A DNA stretch of 64,000 bases from Terriglobia bacterium (GCA_965198225.1 CBDAOY010000005.1:608001-672000), one strand, 5' to 3'; positions 29,525 to 40,685 are shown, numbered from the stretch's first letter. Numbers and translations: made by a program. Notes: generated by a model not told the origin, from the sequence alone.

Positions 29525-30102
29525 GGTTGCAGCTCACGCCGGAGCCAGGCCTGGGAGAAGGCCCACCTCCGCTTCACGGTTGCGGGTGAAATCTCCAGCA
29601 CTTCAGCCGTTTCTTCAACAGTCAGCCCTCCGAAGAACCGCAGTTCCACCAGTTCAGCCTGCTTGGGATCGAGGTCCTCCAGCTTTCCGAGGGCTTCGTC
29701 AAGAGCGAGTAAATCGACCGAGCGTTCGTCCCGACCCAGGATTTCGTCGGTGAACGTTACCGGTATCGCGGGCCCTCCCCGTTTCTGCGCCATCCGCGCC
29801 CGCGCCCGTTCGACAAGCACCTGGCGCATGGATCTTGCCACGATGGCGAGGAAATGTGTGCGATCCTTCCAGTGCAAACCACCGTCCGGAATCAGCCGCA
29901 AGTAAGCTTCGTGAACGAGGGCTGTTGCTTGAAGGGTCTGACCCGGTCGCTCCCGTCGGATGTATTTCGCCGCCAGCCCGCGCAGCTCCTCGTAGATCAA
30001 CGGGAACAGTTTCGACATGGCCCCGGCGTCCCCCGTGCGGGCTCGTTGGACCAGTTGCGTCACCGTCTTGCCTGAAGGGGGGGCAGGCAGTCCTTTGCTC
30101 AT
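29521..30102 (-). CDS. ECF sigma factor of the kinase-associated type
   Basis: LFPLIYEELR.LA..Y...ER...TLQATALVHEAYLRL, VELRFFGGLT.EE.AEVL.IS.ATVKRRW. Confidence 0.92.
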   Translation of the reverse strand: MSKGLPAPPSGKTVTQLVQRARTGDAGAMSKLFPLIYEELRGLAAKYIRRERPGQTLQATALVHEAYLRLIPDGGLHWKDRTHFLAIVARSMRQVLVERARARMAQKRGGPAIPVTFTDEILGRDERSVDLLALDEALGKLEDLDPKQAELVELRFFGGLTVEETAEVLEISPATVKRRWAFSQAWLRRELQP

Positions 30103-30468
30103 GGAGCACATTACGTAGATCAGCCTTCTTCGTTCCTGGTTTGCTTCGAAGGGCAGAACAGAGCCGGAACCTGTTGTGAGCCTGCGATCCAGGAAGCGAG
30201 GCTGGGGCAGTCAAGTTGATTTTCTCAGAGTTCGAGGACTTTGTCGAAAGCGATCGAGCTGCCGGCGCGCCGCCCACTACCGGCGGGATCCTTCCCGAGT
30301 CCCTTCCGACATCCCAACGGCTGAAGCAGGACTCGAAGTCAGGATCGACCGGCGCGGCTACGGGAATAAGTGGACGCCGCGCTGTGGCACAATAAAGGTT
30401 TGGACTGACCACGGGAGAAACGACTGGCAGCGGGACTCCCCGCTTGATTCGAACAAGGACGGAACTGA

Positions 30469-32274
30469 ATGGACCTTCGTAACATCGCAATCGTCGCACA
30501 CGTCGATCACGGCAAGACCACGCTCGTCGACGCCATGCTGTGGCAGAGCGGAACGTTCAGCGCGCACCAGGCTGTCCAGGATCGCGTCATGGATTCGATG
30601 GATCTCGAGCGTGAGAAGGGCATCACCATAATGGCCAAGAACACGGCCGTCCGTTTCGGCGACGTCAAGATCAACATCGTGGACACGCCGGGACACGCCG
30701 ACTTCGGCGGTGAAGTGGAACGCACGCTCGGGATGGTCGACGGCATCATGCTGCTCGTCGATTCCGCTGAAGGGCCCCTGCCCCAAACGCGATTCGTGTT
30801 GTCCAAAGCGCTGGAGCTCGAGCTCCCGTCCATCGTCGTGATCAACAAGATCGACCGGAAGGACGCCCGGCCCGAAGAAGTACTCAACGAGATCTACGAC
30901 CTGTTCATCGACCTCGACGCTGCGGAACACCAGATCGAATTCCCTGTTATTTACGCGGTCGCGCGGGAGGGCAAATGCGCCCCCTCGCTCCAGGAGCCGC
31001 TCACAGACCTGCGACCGCTGTTCGACTTGATCGTCGGCCACATCCCGGCGCCGGGGGGCGAGGCGGACCAGTCGTTTCAGATGTTGGTGACGACCGTCGG
31101 GCCGGACGAGTACCGCGGGCCCCTCGCGATCGGACGCATCGTTGCCGGAACCATCCGCAATCGGCAGAGCGTGACACTCTGCCACCGGGACGATTCACAG
31201 ACCAAGGCCGAGGTGACCGAGTTGTTCGTTTACGAAGGACTGGAACGCGTGTCGACCGAGGAGGCCGGTCCGGGCGAAATCGTTGCGGTGGCCGGCATGA
31301 CCGGCGTCAGGCTCGGTGAGAGCATCGCCGACGGCGACGACCCTCACCCTCTCGCGCCCCTGCACGTGGATGAGCCGACGATGTCGATGGAGTTTTCGAT
31401 CAACGACTCCCCCTTAAGCGGCAGGGACGGGCCGTTCGTCACCTCGCGTCACCTCCGCGAACGTCTGATGAAGGAAGCCCGCAACAACCTCGCGATACGC
31501 GTCGAAACAACCGATTCGCCAGACCGTTTCCAGGTGTTCGGCCGGGGGGAGCTGCAGCTGGCAATCCTGATCGAGCAGATGCGGCGCCAGGGCTACGAGT
31601 TCTCGGTCGGGATGCCTCGCGTCCTCACCAGGGTTCTCAACGGAAGCCGGCACGAACCGTTCGAACTGGCCCTGATCGACATGGCAGAGGACTACATGGG
31701 CGTCGTGGTACAGAAGCTCGGCACGCGCAAAGGCGTGATGGTGAAGATGGTCAATCATGGCTCGGGTCGCGTCCGCCTCGAGTTCGACGTTCCCAGCCGG
31801 GGGCTGATCGGATACCGGACGGAGTTCCTCACCGACACGAAAGGCACCGGAATCCTCACACACACATTCAACGAGTACAGACCGTGGGCGGGCGACATCA
31901 AACACCGAGGGACCGGAGCTTTGGTCGCAGACCGGCCGGGCCCGGTCACCGGTTACGCGGTGATCAACCTGCAGGAGCGCGGCGAACTCTTCGTCGCGCC
32001 CACCGAGGAGGTCTACCGCGGTATGCTCGTGGGAGAAAACGGCCGGGACGCCGATCTCGATGTCAACATCACCAAGGAAAAGAAGCTGACGAACATGCGC
32101 GCTTCGGTTTCAGAGACCTACGAAAAGATCGTTCCGCCGCTCCGGATGTCGCTGGAACGATCCATCGAGTTCATCCGTGACGACGAGCTCATCGAGGTTA
32201 CTCCGAAGAGTCTCAGGCTCCGCAAGCGTCACCTCGACCCGAACGAGAGAAAGCAACATGCGGCGAGGACGTGA
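30469..32274 (+). CDS. typA: Translational GTPase TypA/BipA
   Basis: [58 protein letters not shown]. Confidence 0.97.
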   Translation: MDLRNIAIVAHVDHGKTTLVDAMLWQSGTFSAHQAVQDRVMDSMDLEREKGITIMAKNTAVRFGDVKINIVDTPGHADFGGEVERTLGMVDGIMLLVDSAEGPLPQTRFVLSKALELELPSIVVINKIDRKDARPEEVLNEIYDLFIDLDAAEHQIEFPVIYAVAREGKCAPSLQEPLTDLRPLFDLIVGHIPAPGGEADQSFQMLVTTVGPDEYRGPLAIGRIVAGTIRNRQSVTLCHRDDSQTKAEVTELFVYEGLERVSTEEAGPGEIVAVAGMTGVRLGESIADGDDPHPLAPLHVDEPTMSMEFSINDSPLSGRDGPFVTSRHLRERLMKEARNNLAIRVETTDSPDRFQVFGRGELQLAILIEQMRRQGYEFSVGMPRVLTRVLNGSRHEPFELALIDMAEDYMGVVVQKLGTRKGVMVKMVNHGSGRVRLEFDVPSRGLIGYRTEFLTDTKGTGILTHTFNEYRPWAGDIKHRGTGALVADRPGPVTGYAVINLQERGELFVAPTEEVYRGMLVGENGRDADLDVNITKEKKLTNMRASVSETYEKIVPPLRMSLERSIEFIRDDELIEVTPKSLRLRKRHLDPNERKQHAART

Positions 32275-32290
32275 ATGGCGTGATGAAGGG

Positions 32291-33715
32291 TCAGCGTCCG
32301 TTGTTCGCGAGGGTGGACTTGGCCAATTGAAGCAGCTTCTCGAGCCCCTTTCCGAAGATTTGTTTGGCGAACATCCGGATGCGAAAGCGCGAGGATTCTG
32401 AGAGCTTCGGGATCAGGTCCGCCGTGCGCACCTCAAAAGCGTCGCCGGTCTGTTCGCACCGGACGGCCACGGGATCGTTCCCTTCGCAGTATTTCGGCAG
32501 TTCCAGGGCGAGGACGAGTTCCAGTTCGGCCTTTGCCGGTTTCGAAAACTGGTAATGTATCCGGACGACGTTTGTCTCTCCGGGCTTGGAGGAACGCATG
32601 TTGGATCCTGCCGCCGTTTCGTAAGGTGTCGTGTCGACGGAGGCGCTGGCGCTGAGCTGTGGCCCTCTCTTGTACTCTCGCTCGAGCCTGTCCACTTCAT
32701 GATAAAGCGCCGTCAGCAGCAGCAGTCCCGCCTCCTCGACTCGCTCCGGCGTGTGGATGCCCTGGCGGGTTCGCGCCAGGTAGAGACCCTTGATGTCATT
32801 CACCAGATCCTCGATCTCGGGAGCTTGCGCTTCGGCGAAACTATCTTCGACCAACTCGACCGCGTCGACGGTCCGCTCGAAGAGAAAATCAACCAGAGGC
32901 TGGTGCATGCCGTCATCGGTCAGACGCAGGCAGGCAAAATACTCCTTTTGCCGGTCCATCAGGAACATGATCGGGATCGAAAGTGCGCGAAGGGTGTAAA
33001 AGGACGCCACGGCTCGCGCGACTCGTCCGTTACCACCCGAGAACGGATGAATCCAGAGGAGAGCCGAATGAGCATAGGCACCCTGTAGAATCGGGTGTGC
33101 CCCTAGAAAACTCTCGCTGCCGAGCTCTTCACAGAGTCGGTGCACCTCGGCGGATACCCGATCCACCGGAGCGTACGCGCGGACCACGCCGTTGTTTGTG
33201 ACGTGATTCGGATAGTTCTTGTACTCACCCAGGGGAAGTTGCTCATCCTGCCATCCCGCCCCACCGGTCAGTAGCCTGTAGGTCTGTTGGCCAGCGCAGA
33301 TTTCCTGGTGAAGTTTGCGCACCCAGGTTTCAACGAAAGGGACAGTTCCGGTCGCCAGGTCGAGCAGGTAGTCGTAGCCGTGGAGTTGGGACTCGATCAA
33401 GGCGCGTGTGCCCTCGGCTCTCTCGATAAGTTTTGCTTCCCACCCCCCCGCATTCATGGCCACGGCAATGGTGAAGTCGCGATTAACCTCGTAGAGTCCG
33501 TCGATTGCTCCAGTGTCGATTGCCGTCGCTCGCTTCACGACTTCCCGTGACCGGTCAAAAAGGTCCGCAGACTTCCTGTCCAGTTCCTCGAGCCTCGACT
33601 TGTGGCGTTCCCACCGGGCTTCATCGACGAAACACCCGGCCCACTTGTCGAAACCGGGGACCGGCTCGCACAGGGCGTCGATTTCGCGAGAATCCTGCAA
33701 GCTACCCAAATCCAT
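32291..33715 (-). CDS. Fic domain protein
   Basis: IHPFSGGNGRVAR Fic-like motif; AIDTGAIDG segment. Confidence 0.85.
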   Translation of the reverse strand: MDLGSLQDSREIDALCEPVPGFDKWAGCFVDEARWERHKSRLEELDRKSADLFDRSREVVKRATAIDTGAIDGLYEVNRDFTIAVAMNAGGWEAKLIERAEGTRALIESQLHGYDYLLDLATGTVPFVETWVRKLHQEICAGQQTYRLLTGGAGWQDEQLPLGEYKNYPNHVTNNGVVRAYAPVDRVSAEVHRLCEELGSESFLGAHPILQGAYAHSALLWIHPFSGGNGRVARAVASFYTLRALSIPIMFLMDRQKEYFACLRLTDDGMHQPLVDFLFERTVDAVELVEDSFAEAQAPEIEDLVNDIKGLYLARTRQGIHTPERVEEAGLLLLTALYHEVDRLEREYKRGPQLSASASVDTTPYETAAGSNMRSSKPGETNVVRIHYQFSKPAKAELELVLALELPKYCEGNDPVAVRCEQTGDAFEVRTADLIPKLSESSRFRIRMFAKQIFGKGLEKLLQLAKSTLANNGR

Positions 33716-34022
33716 TTTCCAACTCTACGACAGGAGGAGCTTCTAGAAAAGAACGAAAGACCCGTCCCCAGCCCACAACATCCAAAGGCTTCAAGGGTCG
33801 GATTTTTTCGGTTCCGGATCGCTTCTGACATCTGATGGCGTTAGCCAGCAGCCCTCTTTTCTGTCACCCTGCCCGATCAGCTTGACGCAATTCTGGCGTT
33901 TCTTGATGGTGAAGGACCCGCGGTGAGCACCAGAACCGGCTTTCGTCGGTAAATATTCGCTAAGCAACACCTCAACGGATAACGGAGAATCGAGCCTGGA
34001 AAACCGAATCCGAGGAGGACCG

Positions 34023-36141
34023 ATGAGCGGTATCCGCCTTCTCCTGTCTTACTTCCGTGCCGCGACGCGCAATTGGCGGACCATCCCCGTTCTCGTTGCC
34101 GTGGTCCCGATACTGATGGCGGGCGCGTGTGGCGGGGCCCAAACCGACACCCTCTCGGAACTCGAAGCTCGGATCCGGGCGGCGACCGCGTCGGTGAACG
34201 ACGCTCGACTGGCCAGCGCCGACGACGATCCGGGCAACTGGCTCTCGACCGGCCGGAACTACGCCGAGGACCGCTACAGCGCCCTGGACGACATCAACGT
34301 CGACAGCGTCGGGGGCCTGGGCCTGGTCTGGAGCCTCGAATTGGGCACGAGGCGAGGACTCGAGGCCACACCGCTCGTCGTCGACGGGGTGATCTTCACG
34401 ACGGGGACCTGGAGCGTTGTGTACGCTATCGCCGCCCAGACCGGAGAGCTGATCTGGTCCTATGATCCGGAGGTCCCGGCCGTGTACGGCCCGCTCGCCT
34501 GCTGCGATGTGGTCAACCGCGGGGTCGCCCTGTATCGGGGGAAGGTCTACGTGGCGACCCTCGACGGTCGGCTCGTCGCGCTGGATGCCGCAACGGGAGC
34601 ACCCGTCTGGGCAACGCTCACGATCGATCGTTCGAAAGCCTACACCGTCACGGGGGCGCCGCGTGTGGCGGACGGCAAGGTCATCATCGGCAACGGCGGC
34701 GCCGAATACGGGGTCCGCGGCTACGTCACGGCGTATGACGCCGAGACCGGGGTACAGGTATGGCGGACCTACACCGTGCCGGGCGATCCGTCCTTACCCT
34801 TCGAGTCCGACGCGATTGCCAGAGCCGCCGATACATGGACCGGCGAGTGGTGGATCGCCGGAGGAGGCGGCACCGCGTGGGATTCGATGGCCTACGATCC
34901 CGACCTGGATTTGTTCTATGTCGGCACCGGCAACGGCTCGCCGTGGAACCGCGCGCACCGGAGTCCGGGCGGAGGAGACAACCTCTATCTCTCTTCGATC
35001 ATCGCGCTGCGGCCGTCCGACGGCGAGATGGTCTGGCACTTCCAGACGACTCCCGGCGACACCTGGGACTACACCGCCACCCAGCACATGATTCTCGCTG
35101 ACCTGGAGATCGAAGGTGAACCGCGAAGCGTGATCATGCAGGCGCCGAAGAACGGTTTCTTCTACGTGCTGGATCGGGCGACGGGCGAGTTCATCTCCGC
35201 CGAGAGTTTCATCGGGCTCAACTGGGCCGAGCGCGTCGATCCGAAAACGGGTCGGCCCGTCGAAGCTACCGACAGCGACTACATGGACGGCGCGATGGAG
35301 ATCACGCCCGGACCGCTCGGCGGCCATAATTTTCAGCCCATGGCCTATAACCCCCATACCGGGCTCGTCTACATCCCCACACATGAGTTTTCCAACACCT
35401 ATGCCGACGATCCCGGGTGGGACTACCGGCCGGTGGGGCTCAACCTTGCCGCCCGCGTAGGTAACGCTGATCAGGAGCCGACGGGTCACCTCCTGGCCTG
35501 GGATCCGGCCCGCCAGTCCGAAGCCTGGCGCGTTCCGCAGGCTGGGCCCTGGAACGGCGGCATCCTGACGACGGCCGGCGGTCTGGTTTTTCAGGGGGCG
35601 GCGGACGGACGCTTCGTCGCCTATCAGGCCGAGACGGGCGAGCAACTCTGGGAGAGTTTCCTGGGCACCGGGATCATCGCTGCACCGATCACTTATGAGG
35701 TCGACGGCCGCCAGTACGTGACCGTGATGGCAGGTTGGGGCGGCGCCTATGGGCTTCGCAGCGCGCCTGCTGGTGAAGCAGCCCGGTACGAGCAGGACGG
35801 CAGGATCTACACGTTCGCCCTCGTAGGCGAAGCGGCGCTCCCGCGCTTCACGAGACTGCAGCGAGAGGTTTACGCTGCCGAGGTCGACGCCACCGTAGAG
35901 GAGATCCAAACCGGCGCCATTCTCTACCGGCGGCACTGCAACGTGTGCCACGATGGAGTCATCCAGTGGGGTCATCCCTGCCCTGGCGTTCTCCACGAAA
36001 GAGGTCCACGAAAACTACGAATCGATCGTCCTCGGTGGATCCGGACGCGGTATGCCTGCATTTCAGGGCCGGCTGTCCACCGACGATGTCCGGTGGATCC
36101 ACGCCTGGATCGTTTCCGCAGCGCGGGAGTCGGACGATTGA
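34023..36141 (+). pseudogene. Type II quinohemoprotein (PQQ/heme c) alcohol dehydrogenase, frameshifted right after CxxCH
   Basis: [35 protein letters not shown]. The cytochrome c tail SSGVIPAL...GMPAF.G.L..DDV..I.AWI continues in another frame (35953-36141). Confidence 0.85.
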
Positions 36142-36232
36142 CGCGCGAATCTCTTGAACCCGCTTCCGGATTCAGGTCGGAGATCGGTCAAAAAACAGCA
36201 TAGAATAGACCCTTTGGAGAGGAGACTAGGCG

Positions 36233-37438
36233 ATGAATAGCTTACAGGTCTATGGCACGGCGCGTTGGTCCGTCGCCGCTCTGGTGTTGGTTCTTGCGAC
36301 CGCAGGTTTTGTCTGGCAGGCGGAAGGCATGGGAAGCCCCCCGGCGGCGGTCGATGAAGTCTTCGAGACGGCCGACTACCGCATTCGTGTGGTGGGACTC
36401 GCCGAGGGACTCGCGAATCCCTGGAGTCTGGCGTTTCTTCCGAACGGCGACATGCTCGTCACCGAAAAGCCCGGGCGCCTCCGACTGATCCGCGACGGTG
36501 TTCTTATGCCGGATGCGGTGCCTGGCGTGCCCGAGGTCGACCCGAGGCGGCAGGGTGGCCTGATGGACGTGGTTCTGCACCCCCAGTTTGCCGAGAACAG
36601 CTGGGTCTACCTGACGTACTCGAAACCCGACGAGGGCGACAACGACAATGCGACTACCGCTCTTGCCCGCGGTAGCTTCGATGGATCTCGCTTCACCGAC
36701 GTCGAAGACCTGTTCGTCGCCAATGCCTGGGCGGAGACCGGCGGGCACTATGGGTCGCGGCTCGCGTTCACCCCCGACGGCAAGCTCTTCATGAGCATCG
36801 GGGAGCGGCAACAGCGGGACCGGGCCCAGGACACCACCGACCATGCGGGAACCGTGTTGCGCCTGAACGATGACGGCAGTGTTCCCGACGACAACCCGTT
36901 CATCGGCCGGGCCGGCTTCTTACCGGAGATCTACTCCTACGGGCACCGAAGTCCCCAGGGCCTGACGGTCCATCCCGAGACCGGGGAGGTCTGGGAGAAC
37001 GAGCACGGCCCGCGCGGGGGCGATGAGGCAAACCTGATCCTGCCGGGCCGGAACTACGGCTGGCCCATAGTCAGTTACGGCCGCGAGTATTCGGGCGAAA
37101 TCATCACCAATCAGCCGTGGAAGGAAGGTCTGGAGCCGCCGAAGTACTACTGGGTGCCGTCCATCGCGATCTCGGGGATGACGTTCTACACCGGCGATCG
37201 CTTTCCGGAATGGAAAGGGAACCTGTTTGTGGGCGGGCTCAGACACTACGTCGTTCAGCGGGTGGCGCCCCTGAACCAGCGCGGTGGCTTCGAGCGGGAA
37301 CCCCTGCTCACGGAATTACGGCTCAGGATTCGCGATGTCCGACAGGGACCGGACGGTTTGCTCTACGTCGTGGCCGACGGCGACCTCACCCGTCGAGGTG
37401 CCACGGGGGCCGTTCTGAGGATCGAGCCTGTTGATTGA
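36233..37438 (+). CDS. PQQ-dependent sugar (aldose) dehydrogenase, GSDH family
   Basis: GLANPWSLAFLP, QGGLMDV.LHP.F, HYGSRL, YGHRSPQG, EHGPRGGDE.N, RIRDVRQGPDG. Confidence 0.92.
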   Translation: MNSLQVYGTARWSVAALVLVLATAGFVWQAEGMGSPPAAVDEVFETADYRIRVVGLAEGLANPWSLAFLPNGDMLVTEKPGRLRLIRDGVLMPDAVPGVPEVDPRRQGGLMDVVLHPQFAENSWVYLTYSKPDEGDNDNATTALARGSFDGSRFTDVEDLFVANAWAETGGHYGSRLAFTPDGKLFMSIGERQQRDRAQDTTDHAGTVLRLNDDGSVPDDNPFIGRAGFLPEIYSYGHRSPQGLTVHPETGEVWENEHGPRGGDEANLILPGRNYGWPIVSYGREYSGEIITNQPWKEGLEPPKYYWVPSIAISGMTFYTGDRFPEWKGNLFVGGLRHYVVQRVAPLNQRGGFEREPLLTELRLRIRDVRQGPDGLLYVVADGDLTRRGATGAVLRIEPVD

Positions 37439-38288
37439 GCGGAACGGAAGTTCCGATGGAACGGGTCCTGTCGGCGCGATCTGGCGCTATCCCGTCAAGT
37501 CCATGTCGGGAGAGGAGCTGAACGAGGCCGACGTCGTCGAGGGTGGCCTCCTCGGGGATCGTGTCTACGCGCTGGCCGACCCGTCCAATGGAAGGGTTGC
37601 CAGCGCCAAGCACCCGCGCAAATGGGGCCCGTTGCTCGAATTCCGCGCTTCCTTGACCGAGCCGCCTGTGCCTGATCGACCGATGCCGACTGCCCGGATC
37701 ACCCTGCCCGACGGCCGAGTCGTTACCGGCGACCAGGACAACGTAGACACCGTCCTCTCCGGCGAATTGGGTCGTTCGGTGACCCTGACCGCGACGCGCC
37801 CGGAGTCCCCCAGCGTCGAGCGCATGGACCCCTTCGACCCTGAAGCGATCATGGACATCGGGCCGTTCATGATGAAGGGAAGATTCTCAGACTATGCCGC
37901 CCTCCACGTACTGACCACCGCCACCTTGGACCGCCTCCGGGAGCTCTACCCGCAGGGGCGCTTTGAACCCCGTCGGTTCCGTCCGAACATCGTCATAGAG
38001 TCTCCCCTCGACCGGCCGGACTTCGTGGAGAATGCCTGGGTCGGTCGAACGCTTGCGATCGGCGGCGAAGTTCGCCTTCGGATCACCGATCCGTGCCCAC
38101 GATGCTCGATCCCTACTCTGGGTCAGGGCGACCTGCCGGGAGATCCCGGGATTCTGCGCACGGTGGCTGAGCACAACACGGTCCCTGTTCCCGTCCTGGA
38201 CGGAGAGAACCTGCCAAGCGCGGGCGTCTATGCGTTCGTGATTCGTGGAGGAAGGGTCCACCGTGGTGACCGCGTTCGCCTCGAGTAG
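37431..38288 (+). CDS. MOSC domain protein
   Basis: WRYPVKSM.GE, RRFRPNIV, PCPRC. Confidence 0.9.
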   Translation: MIERNGSSDGTGPVGAIWRYPVKSMSGEELNEADVVEGGLLGDRVYALADPSNGRVASAKHPRKWGPLLEFRASLTEPPVPDRPMPTARITLPDGRVVTGDQDNVDTVLSGELGRSVTLTATRPESPSVERMDPFDPEAIMDIGPFMMKGRFSDYAALHVLTTATLDRLRELYPQGRFEPRRFRPNIVIESPLDRPDFVENAWVGRTLAIGGEVRLRITDPCPRCSIPTLGQGDLPGDPGILRTVAEHNTVPVPVLDGENLPSAGVYAFVIRGGRVHRGDRVRLE

Positions 38289-38341
38289 GCAAAGGCGACG
38301 CCTGAGCTTGTGAGAACTCAGAGAGGAGCTGGAACAGGATC

Positions 38342-38518
38342 ATGGCAGATGCAGAGAAGAAGGGTATAGGGTGTGGGGCCTTCCTGATTCTCATCGGGCT
38401 GGCAATGTTCGCGGAACGCGTCGGATGGATACCCGAGGCGAACTGGCTGCTCCCGGCAGCGCTCATCGCGATGGGAGCGGGCGTGATCTATAACGCGGTT
38501 TCCGGCCGGGGAGAGTAA
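38342..38518 (+). CDS. Small two-TM membrane protein (LiaI/LiaF-TM-like), 58 aa
   Basis: Manual translation MADAEKKGIGCGAFLILIGLAMFAERVGWIPEANWLLPAALIAMGAGVIYNAVSGRGE; GAGGAG upstream; below the ORF-track cutoff. Confidence 0.65.
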   Translation: MADAEKKGIGCGAFLILIGLAMFAERVGWIPEANWLLPAALIAMGAGVIYNAVSGRGE

Positions 38519-38541
38519 AGCGCCCGATGGCTCACGGATGA

Positions 38542-39066
38542 TTATCGCTTCAACAGGTAGTGCAGTACCACGATCCCGCTGCCGTAGATCTTGTTGCCGG
38601 TAAGTTCTAGCTCGCACTGTTGGATCTCACCTGAAAACAGCGGGATGCCCGAGCCGAACAGGACAGGATTCAGCTTGATGATCAATTCGTCGATGAGACA
38701 GCTTCGAAACAGCATTGTTGCCAGCTCTGCGCCGCCACAGAGCCAGATGTCCTTGCCGTCTCCGTTTTTCAGGTCCCGGACGAGTTCCGTCGCCCCTTCC
38801 GAGACGAGCGTGACGTTCTCGTCGGGACTCTCCTCCATGGTGCGCGAGAAGACGAACTGGCGCATCGTCGGATAAGGGTTCGTCTTGCCTTCCCGCAGGC
38901 CGACTTCATACGTTTTTCGGCCCATCAGGACGACATCGAACCACTCGTAGGACGCGAAGAAATCGGCCACGAGTTCGTCGTCCCACACGAAACCATCGAA
39001 GGACCCGTCTCGGTGGGCGATGAACCCGTCCAGGGTCATCGCCACGTAGTATTTAAGCGTTCTCAT
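38542..39066 (-). CDS. Dihydrofolate reductase/RibD C-terminal family protein
   Basis: YYVAMTLDGFIA, MGRKTYE, IWLCGGA.LA, IDEL...PVLFGSGIPLF. Confidence 0.9.
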   Translation of the reverse strand: MRTLKYYVAMTLDGFIAHRDGSFDGFVWDDELVADFFASYEWFDVVLMGRKTYEVGLREGKTNPYPTMRQFVFSRTMEESPDENVTLVSEGATELVRDLKNGDGKDIWLCGGAELATMLFRSCLIDELIIKLNPVLFGSGIPLFSGEIQQCELELTGNKIYGSGIVVLHYLLKR

Positions 39067-39089
39067 AGTGGAATGCCAAAGCGGGGCGT

Positions 39090-39557
39090 TTACATCCCGT
39101 CCCAGTTCCAGATCGCGTAGCCGGTCGCGTTGTCCAGCTTGTGCCCGCACTCCTTCAGCGTCAGCAGGATGCTTCCGCGGTGGTGGCTCTCATGAGCGAT
39201 GAAGTACGCCAGCGTCGTCGGTGTCCCCTTCTTGAATCCGCGGCGTTTGGGTTTTCCCGATATCAGATCCTCGAAGAAAGACTCCAAAGCTTTGGCGGAG
39301 GCATTCAGGGCACGTTTCAATTGACGTTTTGTGGGCGGTATCTTGGATGGGAATTGTTCAAGGCTGACGGAGAGGTCTTTCGCTCGCTTCTCGAGATGCC
39401 ACACCCGGTTGTTGTGCATGTGGGCGAACTGCAGTGCAACATCACGGCCTCCGCGCTTCGAAAGCGTGCAGTTCATCCCGGCGTCACTGATCTTGTCGAT
39501 CAGGAACAGGTTGATCCGGTTGTTGGTGCGCCAGGCTTCGAGGGTTTCCTGAAGCAT
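39090..39557 (-). CDS. DinB family protein
   Basis: QFAHMHN.R and AHESHHRG metal-binding motifs. Confidence 0.85.
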   Translation of the reverse strand: MLQETLEAWRTNNRINLFLIDKISDAGMNCTLSKRGGRDVALQFAHMHNNRVWHLEKRAKDLSVSLEQFPSKIPPTKRQLKRALNASAKALESFFEDLISGKPKRRGFKKGTPTTLAYFIAHESHHRGSILLTLKECGHKLDNATGYAIWNWDGM

Positions 39558-39595
39558 GTCTTCTCCTCGTCCGGGTTGGAACGATCGCGAACGGC

Positions 39596-39632
39596 AAAAA
39601 GCCGGGAGCTGCGCTTTCCTACAGCTCCCGGC
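39596..39632 (-). terminator. Rho-independent terminator after the NHL gene
   Basis: Minus strand GCCGGGAGCTG-loop-CAGCTCCCGGC followed by TTTTT. Confidence 0.7.
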
Positions 39633-39662
39633 GTGGGTCCATCGGGCGTGCACCAGCCCCGT

Positions 39663-40685
39663 TTATTGCTTCACGTACTTCTTCAGGTCCTGCGGCCCGA
39701 CTTCTGCGCCGTAGATATTACCCGCTCGATCGACGGCAACGCCTTCGGCTCCACTCGTGCCGGCCCGATCGGCGTCGGGTACGGGATCAGGGATGAAGGC
39801 TGTGACGAAGCCGTCCTTGGCGCTGGCGATCCGGATACCTCTCTTGTAGCCCGGGTTGCTGCGGGAGTTCGATTCCGAGTCCGCCACATAGATGGTATCG
39901 CCGGCGTCGATGAACACGCCGCTCGGTCGTCCGAATTGGTACCAGTGGGCGATGAAGTTGCCGTCCTGGTCGAAGATCTGGACGCGACGATTGTTGCGGT
40001 CGCCGACGAAGAGGCGGCCCTCGGAATCCATAGCCAGCGCGTGCGGATCCTGGAATTCGCCCGGTGCCGTTCCTGTCTGTCCCCACGCCTTGATGAAGGT
40101 CCCGTCGCTCGAAAACTTGACGATGCGGTTGTTTCCGCCCCGGCCGTGGCCGTCGGCCACGAAGATGTCGCCGCTTGGAGCGACCAGCACGTCGGAGGGC
40201 TGGTTGAATGTATCCGGACCGTCACCGGCGATCCCGGCCTTGCCCAGCCGCATCAGAACCTCGCCCTCCGCGCTGAACTTGATGACCTGATGGCCCTGAT
40301 CACCTTCGCCGCGGGCGTCGGCAATCCAGACGTTATTGTCGGGATCCACAAAAATGCCGTGAGGCCACACGATCATTCCTGCGCCGAAACTCTTCAAAAG
40401 CTCTCCCGAGGAATCAAACAACAGGATCGAGTCGACGTTGTCCCTGCCGACACAGCTGTTCTGGCCGCATCGTTCTCCGACCCATATGTTGCCGCTGCCG
40501 TCCTGGGCGGGATAGACGGCGCTTGTCGATCCCCACTCTCTTCCTTCGGGCATCTGCGCCCAGCCTTCGACCGTGCGATGGATGTTCGGGGCGTGGTTCT
40601 GCGCGTGCGCCGCAGTCCCCAGTAACGCGATCACCGCCGTCGCGGCGACCACCTGCGTGAATCTCACTCGTTCAGAATGCGACAT
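39663..40685 (-). CDS. Secreted NHL-repeat beta-propeller (PAL-like) protein, paralog 1
   Basis: Signal peptide; WPHGIFVD, FNQPSDV, FQDPHALA.D, FGRPSG; ERCGQNSC motif. Confidence 0.9.
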   Translation of the reverse strand: MSHSERVRFTQVVAATAVIALLGTAAHAQNHAPNIHRTVEGWAQMPEGREWGSTSAVYPAQDGSGNIWVGERCGQNSCVGRDNVDSILLFDSSGELLKSFGAGMIVWPHGIFVDPDNNVWIADARGEGDQGHQVIKFSAEGEVLMRLGKAGIAGDGPDTFNQPSDVLVAPSGDIFVADGHGRGGNNRIVKFSSDGTFIKAWGQTGTAPGEFQDPHALAMDSEGRLFVGDRNNRRVQIFDQDGNFIAHWYQFGRPSGVFIDAGDTIYVADSESNSRSNPGYKRGIRIASAKDGFVTAFIPDPVPDADRAGTSGAEGVAVDRAGNIYGAEVGPQDLKKYVKQ

